This document shows positions 56,951 to 64,000 of a DNA stretch of 64,000 nt, piece after piece. How positions within the stretch are numbered: position 1 is the first letter of the stretch; each line of letters starts with the position of its first letter. Position numbers and translations under genes: made by a program. Origin of the DNA: Limnoglobus sp. (GTDB taxonomy: Bacteria > Planctomycetota > Planctomycetia > Gemmatales > Gemmataceae). The stretch lies in the NCBI GenBank assembly GCA_043785305.1, contig JAYVXI010000234.1, positions 8,008-72,007 of the forward strand, given 5' to 3'. The notes beneath the pieces were generated by a model, which was given only the letters and a program-made list of their open reading frames with translations, ran no database searches and was not told where the DNA came from.

Positions 56951-57074
56951 GTTTAGCCGCGCCGCGCAGTCTTCAGAGCGAAGCGCGGGCACGATGTATC
57001 CGATGGCAAGATGATCGCTCTGAGAGTTCAAACCCCGCGCTTCGCTACGCAAAGCCTGCGCGGCGCGGCTAAAC
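56951..57074. mobile_element. 124-bp MITE-like palindromic element with perfect 19-bp terminal inverted repeats
   Basis: gtttagccgcgccgcgcag (56951-56969) and ctgcgcggcgcggctaaac (57056-57074). Inner 12-bp perfect pair 56978-56989 / 57034-57045. No coding capacity. Mobility is inferred, not shown. Confidence 0.45.
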
Positions 57075-57083
57075 GAACACGAC

Positions 57084-58010
57084 TCATCCCAGGAACGACT
57101 TGCGTAACAATGCGGGTTCGCATTTTCCGTAGACGAACGTGCGGCCGGTTTTGCGGTTGTGGAACGTCACTTCGGCGGGGGAGAACAGCATCGGGTCGAT
57201 CTTGTAAAAGTCGCCGTAGCGCGCGAAGATTTCTGCGAACGATGCGCCGTGATCTTTCGACGAATCCGATGGCACCTGCGGCCCGATGGCGGTGATTTTC
57301 TCGTCGTCGGTGTCCACCCACAATGTCACGCGGCCACCGTACAGGATCGCGTCGTTCGTGCGGCCAATTGCGGCGAGTTCGTCTTTTGCGACGGGGGGAA
57401 GCGGTGCGGTGCCGTAGCCGCTGAGCACGCATTTTAGGTCGAATTTCAGTTCGTGGAGCTTGTGCAACGCGGTTTCGACGGAGCGTGCGACGACTTGTAA
57501 AGTACCCGCGATGCTCGATGCGGGTGCGTAAAGCAGCGTCAGCTTTTCCACGCAACTCGGCAACTTCGCGACGATGTTGACGATGGCTTCCTCGGTGGGC
57601 GCTTTCCTCGTTTCGAGCACGCCGACCGCGCAGGCCGACTCTTCCTTGCCCGTAATGTGTTGGAAGATTTCCTCTCGCGCCGATACGGCACGCATCGGGC
57701 CGGACCCCATCGCGAAATAGTTTTCAGCCTTCACTTGCCAGCCCGCATATTGCGATGCAAGGCACGCGCGAATGGGATCGTCGGTGACGACTTGAATCAG
57801 CGGGCCGTTCTCGCCGGGCACGATCGTCACCTCGGCACAGTCGGCGAGGCACGCACGGGCGAGCAAGATCCCTGCCTGAATGCCGCCATCGACCGCCGCG
57901 CCGCAATCGATGACGCGCTGCCCACCGACGTGCGAGATCGCCACCCGCAACCGTGCTGCATCGGCTTCCAGAATGTCCGCAATTTTCCAGGCGCGTTCGT
58001 TGAGTGTCAT
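57084..58010 (-). CDS. mch: Methenyltetrahydromethanopterin cyclohydrolase
   Basis: Start MTLNERAW (ATG 58010, ATGA overlap with the upstream gene). ACLASQYAGW, AMGSGP, GTAPLPP, GRTNDAILYGG, FYKIDPMLFSPA. Confidence 0.9.
   Translation of the reverse strand: MTLNERAWKIADILEADAARLRVAISHVGGQRVIDCGAAVDGGIQAGILLARACLADCAEVTIVPGENGPLIQVVTDDPIRACLASQYAGWQVKAENYFAMGSGPMRAVSAREEIFQHITGKEESACAVGVLETRKAPTEEAIVNIVAKLPSCVEKLTLLYAPASSIAGTLQVVARSVETALHKLHELKFDLKCVLSGYGTAPLPPVAKDELAAIGRTNDAILYGGRVTLWVDTDDEKITAIGPQVPSDSSKDHGASFAEIFARYGDFYKIDPMLFSPAEVTFHNRKTGRTFVYGKCEPALLRKSFLG
57086..57122. repeat. 37-nt direct repeat, copy 2 (the functional 3' end of mch)
   Basis: See copy 1. This copy is contiguous with mch and is followed by a TGA stop. 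Confidence 0.85.
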
Positions 58011-59146
58011 ACGGGTGTCACCTCGTTCGTTGAAAAACCGAATAGCGTATCGAGTTCGCGGGCATGCCGCCGAAGTTGCTCGAGACAATCCGCTTCGGTA
58101 CACGCTTCTGCGAAGAGCGTACACACCGGTTGCCCCGTTTCGATCTGGCTGCCGCCGTGTGGAATATCGGCGAAGTCGGGGCATCGCCAGACGTCGGTAC
58201 AGTTCGCGAGCGATTCGTCCCACGGCCCCGATGTTGGAAAGACGATACGGTGCGGAGCGTAATAGATCGCTTTGCCGACGACGGACGACGACGTGCGCGG
58301 CGAGGTTGCATCGCCGAGAAACGCTTTGCCGGTCGCGAATTCGAGCACTTCCACGGCGGCGGTGTAACGCGGATTCATCTCGATCGTGAACGCCTTACCG
58401 TTGTGATTGTCGATGAAATCGAGGCCCCAACCGCCCTTCAGGTGAAAGTCTTGCGATAACAGTTCGCCGTGAAACGCGAGGTTTTTCGCGAGTGCTTCAT
58501 CGTGGCGGGTGATGTTCCCCGCGTACGCGAATGGCTTCGCGTGGAGCCACGGTGTGCCGATGAGTTGCCACGTCATGCCGAACAGCGTGGACCGGTATTG
58601 GCCGTCCGAATGATAGATCGCGGACATCGGCTCGCCGTCTATGAACTGTTGCAAACAATCTTGCATGTTGTGCGAGTGACCATCGAAATCTTCGGTGATC
58701 GCGAAGCGTACGCCGAGGCCACCGGAGGAAGTGGCCGACTTGTGCAACCAGATTCCATCCGCAGCCACAGCGTTACCCGTCGGAATCGTCGGGGGGAAGT
58801 GACCGCCGCGTTCGCGAACGGTTCGGGCGAAGCGAGTGACATCGCGGACTTCGCGCAGGACGTTCGCGTCGTTGCCAACGAGTTCGCGATGTTCGGAGAT
58901 CGCCATCACGACATCGGGGTGATTCTCTAAACCGCCGGTGTACATCCACGGCATCGGTGGGGCGGCGTTCGCGAGTGCGATCAACCCGTGCGGATAATCT
59001 TGCGAAGGGCATACGATTGTCGGACACAATCGCATCGTGTCCGCGTCGGCAAACAAATCGATAACGTGTGGCTCAAACCCCGCCCGTATCGCCGAGGCGG
59101 CGGCGGCTCGTCCGCTGGCACCGACGATCAGGATCGGGTTCGCCAT
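58007..59146 (-). CDS. ATP-grasp protein of the kind found in methanopterin-linked C1 gene islands
   Basis: MANPILIVGASGRAAAASA, LHKSATSSGGLGV, FTIEMNPRYT. 379 aa. Confidence 0.68.
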   Translation of the reverse strand: MANPILIVGASGRAAAASAIRAGFEPHVIDLFADADTMRLCPTIVCPSQDYPHGLIALANAAPPMPWMYTGGLENHPDVVMAISEHRELVGNDANVLREVRDVTRFARTVRERGGHFPPTIPTGNAVAADGIWLHKSATSSGGLGVRFAITEDFDGHSHNMQDCLQQFIDGEPMSAIYHSDGQYRSTLFGMTWQLIGTPWLHAKPFAYAGNITRHDEALAKNLAFHGELLSQDFHLKGGWGLDFIDNHNGKAFTIEMNPRYTAAVEVLEFATGKAFLGDATSPRTSSSVVGKAIYYAPHRIVFPTSGPWDESLANCTDVWRCPDFADIPHGGSQIETGQPVCTLFAEACTEADCLEQLRRHARELDTLFGFSTNEVTPV

Positions 59147-59156
59147 GACTATTCCC

Positions 59157-59386
59157 GTTAGCCCGACGCGCTAGCGCGCTAGCGAGGGAGGACGTTCACC
59201 TGTTGCGATTGTTATGATCTTGTTAGCCCGACGCGCTAGCGAGGAAGGCCGTTGTTCACCTGTTGCGATTGTTGGTCGTGTTGAGCCGGGAATGAAGGTT
59301 TCGCGTCGCGTCTCGAAGACTCGCCACGACTCCCTCGCTAGCGCTTCGGGCTAACAATTCCTCGCTAGCGCTTCGGGCTAACAATT
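59157..59386. repeat. Composite repeat cluster: two direct and two inverted F1-type units around a copy of the 28-nt unit
   Basis: Direct units at 59157-59213 and 59222-59273 (gttagcccgacgcgctagcgagg...tcacctgttgcgattgtt). The 28-mer is at 59303-59330. Inverted units cctcgctagcgcttcgggctaacaatt lie at 59332-59359 and 59360-59386. Confidence 0.85.
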
Positions 59387-59392
59387 CGGATC

Positions 59393-61927
59393 CTATTCCC
59401 GAAGCGATGCCATCGTTGGCAAGCCGAGCGCGTGGCGTACGCGCTGGATCTCTTTGATCATCATCACGCTCAGCACGTCGGAGTAATCGTCCGTCCAGAG
59501 TTTGACGCTTTCGTGCGGTTTCAGTGGCTGCCACACTCTCGGCTCGGAAGTGAGTTCCGGCGAAACGATGGACCTGTAAATGAGTTCAAATTCGGGTCGT
59601 TTGAACGTTTCGAGCCGTGCCGGATTCTTTGCCAGCACCACCCACGACGATTGCGTTTTCCCCGGCGGACTAATGTGCGATTTATCGATCCAACTATCAT
59701 TCATGAGCAAGCCCGTCAGCCCGAGTTTCTCCGCAATTCGACCGACGACGGGTTCGAGGTTCACGAACTTATTTGAAATATGCACCGCAAGAATACCATC
59801 GTCGGTGAGGCGATCGAGGTACAACTCGACCGCTTCTTTCGTCAGCAAGTGGATCGGGATCGCATCCGAACTGAATGCGTCGAGTAGCAGCAGCTTGTAC
59901 TTGCGATCCGTGTGTTCTTCGAGTTTGATGCGAGCATCGCCGAGGACAATCTCGACATCTGCACCGCGTTCTCGGGCATCGCTGACGTATGTGAAATACT
60001 TGTTCGTGTCGGCGACGAGCGCCTTCACCTTCGGGTCGATCTCGTAAAAAGTGACCTTTTGCCCCGGCAGCGCGTAGCACGATACGGAACCAGTACCGAG
60101 GCCGACCATCGCGAAATGAGCGGTCGGATCGGTTTCGCGAAACACCTGGAAAACATGTCCGACTGGTCCGCTTTCGTGGTAGTACGTGAGTGGTTGTTGG
60201 CGAAGATCATAGCCGTATACGCCTACTGTGCCAAAAGCGGCTGCGAGAGGTTCCTGTAATTTAACGGTATATGGCCAAGCAACGATTGCTTGCGTGCCGT
60301 GGAGCGTTGTTCCATGAACGAGTTTGCGGAAGGGCTTTTGTTCTTCCACTTTCAAGATGCCGAAGAAGCTGCGTTCGGTGCGAATGATGGTACTATTGTG
60401 TAGCCGGAAATATCCCACGAATAGTAATACAGCCACGCACAGCCCAAATCGAACTGGCCGGTCAATGAACAGAAAGCAAATCATAGCTGGTAAAGCGAAC
60501 CAAATTAGAATCTTCACGTTATCTGGCATCAACATGATTTTTAAGCCACAGAATGCGAGTAATGAAGTCGATTGAATCGAGATCCATATGCACAAATCGT
60601 CGAACGTGTCAAATGCCTTTAATGCGGTTAGCACCGCTACTGCGGCGAGCATCACTATTGGGATGAAGATGTCGAGCAACCGTTGTTTGCCTTCGTACAT
60701 CTTCGCGGCTTCGCCGGTGAGTTGCGATTTCTCGTCTGCGAGTTTCGGGATCAACATACAGCCAATCGCGATCGAGATCGGGTATTCCCACGCGAGCGGG
60801 AATGCGATCGGTGCGATCAGCGCGTTGAAGATTCCGCCGATCATGCCGCCGATGGAAATCCACAAGTAGAACGTCGTGAGGTATGCCGCCGAGGGGCGAT
60901 CGCGTGCGAGTTCGGAATGGCAAAGTAGCGCCGTCAGGAAGTACGCCGTCAGGTGTAAACCGAGCGAAAGAAACGTGTTGTCGATGGCAGTTTGCGAGAC
61001 GAGAACGAAGACGAGCAACAATGTGATGACGGGGCTAATGTTCGCCAACACCGTGCGAAACCAGTTCGGAGTTTTCGCGAACGCGATGATGAACGTCAAC
61101 AAGTACAGCGCGAGCGGCACGACCCACAACAGCGGGATCGAGGCGATGTCGGTCGTCATGTGAAACGTCACGCCGAGCATCAGGCTCGATGGCACGAACG
61201 AGAGCGCGAGCCACTTCAGTTTGCGCCCGAGCGTCGGTTCGGGTTCCTTAACGGGCGGTGTTTGCGTGTCGGGCTTACCGATCGCTTTCTCGTAAAGGTT
61301 CGGCCGTTTGACCGCCGCACCGCAGACGAAGAACATCACCAGAAGTAACAGGAAGCCGCCCGCGAACAGCCACGCTTGCTCGACCAAACGCAGGCTCGGC
61401 TCGGTGACGAGCGGGTAGCCGAGCAGCGAGATCAAACTCCCGGCGTTGCTGGCAGCATAGAGGAAGTATGGGTCTTTCGATGCGGGGTGCCCCGTGTACG
61501 CGAACCAGCGTTGGAGCAGCGGCGCGCTCGTGGACACCGCAAAGAACGGCACGCCGATCGCCACCGCCAGCAGTGCGAGTGTGCCGAACATCGGGAACGA
61601 GGTACTTTGCGGCGCGAGCGATTTGACGATGGGGATCGGCGAATGATTATAGCTAAGCAGCGCCGCGCCACCGAGGACGAGCAGCGCAGCAAACAGTACG
61701 CCCGTGTGCAGCATCACCTGCCGGCGCGGACTCATCACCGCTGTGAGTTTATGTGCGTAAAGGTACCCGAGTAACAGCACGGCCTGGAAGAACACCATAC
61801 ACGTGTTCCACGCACCGGGACTGCCGCCGAGTAGCGGCAAGATCATCCGGCCCACCATCGGTTGAATCATGAACAGCAGAGAAGCACTGATGAACAGCGT
61901 GACGGCAAACAGCAGGGGCACGGTCAA
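59393..61927 (-). CDS. Fused polytopic membrane domain / spermidine synthase-like methyltransferase-fold protein
   Basis: About 480 aa with many TM segments, then FGILKV...LVHGTTLHG, VGLGTGS, LLLLDAFSSDAIPIHLLT. TTG start at 61927 is uncertain (GTG at 61921 possible). Confidence 0.75.
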   Translation of the reverse strand: MTVPLLFAVTLFISASLLFMIQPMVGRMILPLLGGSPGAWNTCMVFFQAVLLLGYLYAHKLTAVMSPRRQVMLHTGVLFAALLVLGGAALLSYNHSPIPIVKSLAPQSTSFPMFGTLALLAVAIGVPFFAVSTSAPLLQRWFAYTGHPASKDPYFLYAASNAGSLISLLGYPLVTEPSLRLVEQAWLFAGGFLLLLVMFFVCGAAVKRPNLYEKAIGKPDTQTPPVKEPEPTLGRKLKWLALSFVPSSLMLGVTFHMTTDIASIPLLWVVPLALYLLTFIIAFAKTPNWFRTVLANISPVITLLLVFVLVSQTAIDNTFLSLGLHLTAYFLTALLCHSELARDRPSAAYLTTFYLWISIGGMIGGIFNALIAPIAFPLAWEYPISIAIGCMLIPKLADEKSQLTGEAAKMYEGKQRLLDIFIPIVMLAAVAVLTALKAFDTFDDLCIWISIQSTSLLAFCGLKIMLMPDNVKILIWFALPAMICFLFIDRPVRFGLCVAVLLFVGYFRLHNSTIIRTERSFFGILKVEEQKPFRKLVHGTTLHGTQAIVAWPYTVKLQEPLAAAFGTVGVYGYDLRQQPLTYYHESGPVGHVFQVFRETDPTAHFAMVGLGTGSVSCYALPGQKVTFYEIDPKVKALVADTNKYFTYVSDARERGADVEIVLGDARIKLEEHTDRKYKLLLLDAFSSDAIPIHLLTKEAVELYLDRLTDDGILAVHISNKFVNLEPVVGRIAEKLGLTGLLMNDSWIDKSHISPPGKTQSSWVVLAKNPARLETFKRPEFELIYRSIVSPELTSEPRVWQPLKPHESVKLWTDDYSDVLSVMMIKEIQRVRHALGLPTMASLRE

Positions 61928-61966
61928 CCCTCAATCGTGTACGAGAGACAAATGTTCGACGCCGAA

Positions 61967-63472
61967 TTACAAACCTAACCCCGCGCCGAAGCCGCTATCC
62001 AGATCGAGATCGGCAGGCGGTGGCGTCGGCTTCGGTGGAACGACAGCGGCCGGCGCACGTTTGCGAACGGGTGCCGCCACCGGTTGTGCGGGCGCAGGTT
62101 CCGCAGCAACCTGTCGGCGAGCTGGTGCGGCCGCGGGTGGAGGTTCGACGTGGGCGGGTCGGCGGGCGGGTGTGGCGGGTTTCGGTTGCGGTTGCGCCGG
62201 TGGGGCCTCGGCAGCGGTGGGTCGCGCGGTCGCCGGTGCGCGCCGGCGCGGTTCTGCGGGCTTGTTCGCGGGAGCCGCTTCTGTCGGAGCCGGAGCTTTC
62301 ACCGGTGCCGCTTTCCGTGGGCGATACGATGGCACATCGTCGATGCCGTCATCGTGGAGATCGTCCATCAATGCGCGCCCCAACGCACGTTCGTTCCCGA
62401 GCGGAACGTCGAGAGTCGGCGGTCGGTCGACGTTCTGCGCACGATCGTTATTGAGCGGACGGTCGTTGACCTGCGGTCGGTTCAAAGGGGGACGGTCGTT
62501 GTTCATCGGTCGATCGTTACCCGCTACGACCTCCGGTTGCGGCACGATTGCGGGCGGGCGCACCACGCCGCCGTTTACGGGTGGGTCGGTGCGCCGGCTC
62601 GTTTGCTGGCGTGGCGTCTGAGTGCGGCCACCGCGATTGCGATTGTCGACGGGCGGCGGCGGCAGGGCCTCGATAGCCGCTTTGCGAATCACGGGGTTTT
62701 CATGCTCGGTGCCGAAGCGAACGACGACGTAGGTGCCGCTACTCTTGTGCTTCTCGATCTCGACGATGCCGTGCCGTTGCGCATCTTCCAGCAATTCGCT
62801 GAACGTGTTGTAGCCGTGATAGCCTTCGTTGAACGATGGCTTCTTGCGCTTCATCGTGTCCTTGACCATCGACGAATAAATGACTTCCTTGTTCTCTCGC
62901 CGTAGTGCCAACAGCGAGTCGAGCAACAGCGTGAAGACCTTGCGTTTCTGCTCGGGGATTTCCTCGTTGACCGTCGGCGTCGCGGCAGCGGCGCGGCCGA
63001 GGTCTTCGTAATAGATGAATTCGTCGCAATTATCGCGTAGCAACTCCGACGTCGCTCCCGTCAGGCCGAGGCCGATGACGTGTTTTCCGAGTTCCTTCAA
63101 TTTGGAAACCAACGGCGAAAAATCGCTGTCTCCCGAAACGATGACGAAGGTATTGATGTGGTCTTTGGAGTACGCGAGGTCGATGGCATCGACGACGAGG
63201 CGAATGTCCGCCGAGTTCTTTCCCGTCTGGCTACGTTTGGGAATTTCGATTAATTCGATCGCCGCCTCGTGGAGCGGCCCCGTGTACTGCCCGAACCGCG
63301 ACCAGTCCGAATAGGCCTTCTTTACGACGATTTTGCCCTTTTCGACGAGCCGTTCGAGCACTTTACCGATCTCGAATTTATCGCGGCGACCGTGGAAGCC
63401 GAGTGCGAGATTTTCAAAATCGATGAACACCGCCAGCGTGTGTTCGCCATCGATACTGCGATTCGATTTCAT
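61967..63472 (-). CDS. NYN (LabA-like) domain plus OST-HTH/LOTUS domain protein with a long low-complexity tail
   Basis: LAVFIDFENL...GKNSADIRLVVDA...FVIVSGDSDFSPL (NYN). SELLEDAQRHGIVEIEKH (LOTUS-like). Then NDRP-type repeats and a P/A-rich tail. ATG at 63538 is also in frame. Confidence 0.75.
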   Translation of the reverse strand: MKSNRSIDGEHTLAVFIDFENLALGFHGRRDKFEIGKVLERLVEKGKIVVKKAYSDWSRFGQYTGPLHEAAIELIEIPKRSQTGKNSADIRLVVDAIDLAYSKDHINTFVIVSGDSDFSPLVSKLKELGKHVIGLGLTGATSELLRDNCDEFIYYEDLGRAAAATPTVNEEIPEQKRKVFTLLLDSLLALRRENKEVIYSSMVKDTMKRKKPSFNEGYHGYNTFSELLEDAQRHGIVEIEKHKSSGTYVVVRFGTEHENPVIRKAAIEALPPPPVDNRNRGGRTQTPRQQTSRRTDPPVNGGVVRPPAIVPQPEVVAGNDRPMNNDRPPLNRPQVNDRPLNNDRAQNVDRPPTLDVPLGNERALGRALMDDLHDDGIDDVPSYRPRKAAPVKAPAPTEAAPANKPAEPRRRAPATARPTAAEAPPAQPQPKPATPARRPAHVEPPPAAAPARRQVAAEPAPAQPVAAPVRKRAPAAVVPPKPTPPPADLDLDSGFGAGLGL

Positions 63473-63673
63473 GATCTGCCGTCCGAGCCGTGAAGGATTT
63501 GTCGCTTTCAGGATATTGTGCCAAGCTCTTTTGGACACCGAAAAGACGTGAAGCGTTCGCAGATAGAAGTTGGCCGGTAGCGGTCACTCCGATTATCGTA
63601 ACCCTATGCACGACCCGAACCGGACGGATTTCATTCGCCACCGACGGGACGATTTCACCGAAGAGGACTTCCG

Positions 63674-64000
63674 ATGACGGCGACGAATCACTTCCGGCTC
63701 GATGGCAAAGTGGCAGTGGTAACGGGGGGCGGGCAAGGTATCGGCGAGGCGATCTGTCGTCGCCTGGCTGCCGCCGGTGCGAAAGTCGGCGTGTTCGACA
63801 TGTCCGCCGACAACGCCAACCGCGTCGCCAAAGACATCGGCGGCGTGCCGATGATCGGCGACCTCACGAAGGAAGCCGACCTCGAGCGCGTCTTCGGTGA
63901 AGTCGTCAAAGCCGCCGGGCCGGTCGATGTGCTCGTGAACAACGCCGGCGTCGCCAGCCGCAAGGGCCGCGATGTCTCGATTTGGGAAAGTGTTCGCGAA
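63674..64000 (+). CDS. Short-chain dehydrogenase/reductase (SDR), 5' fragment truncated by the window end
   Basis: Not in the ORF track because no stop is reached. ATG at 63674 gives MTATNHFRLDGKVAVVTGGGQGIGEAI...LVNNAG. Confidence 0.8.
   Translation, partial: MTATNHFRLDGKVAVVTGGGQGIGEAICRRLAAAGAKVGVFDMSADNANRVAKDIGGVPMIGDLTKEADLERVFGEVVKAAGPVDVLVNNAGVASRKGRDVSIWESVRE

Overview
One GC-rich bacterial chromosomal segment (GC judged by eye, not computed). I support 59 protein-coding genes, of which the last is cut by the window end, plus one tRNA-Ser(UGA). I found no rRNA, CRISPR array, transposase, integrase or prophage genes. A planctomycete (Gemmataceae-like) origin is a low-confidence guess. 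It rests on three things: methanopterin-type C1 genes in a non-methylotroph housekeeping context, many zinc-ribbon membrane proteins, and dense short palindromic intergenic repeats. Most of the window is housekeeping (ilvE, lpdA, rpe, lpxB, aspS, dapF, trpC, alaS, an IDH-family dehydrogenase), envelope and transport functions (LolCDE-like, two ABC-2 exporters, GT2/GT4/GT-C glycosyltransferases) and hypothetical secreted or membrane proteins. Many adjacent genes share ATGA, GTGA or TGATG stop/start overlaps. Features worth a second look: (1) A minus-strand operon at 53461-59146 for methenyl-H4MPT cyclohydrolase and methanopterin-cofactor-type enzymes has two Uma2/DUF820 nuclease-fold genes translationally coupled into it. 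(2) That operon also carries a 184-bp insertion at the mch stop codon, made of a palindromic MITE-like core plus a duplicated, still-coding copy of the mch C-terminus. (3) A GNAT-toxin module has a chimeric AbrB-like/DUF1778-tail antitoxin. (4) An identical 25-nt palindromic motif lies upstream of two unrelated operons. (5) At least six families of short palindromic repeats fill intergenic DNA, with exact copies up to 59 kb apart. (6) Three paralogous zinc-ribbon membrane proteins occur in the window, two of them flanking a CotH kinase gene. All functional calls come from reading the translations against remembered family motifs. No database search was run.
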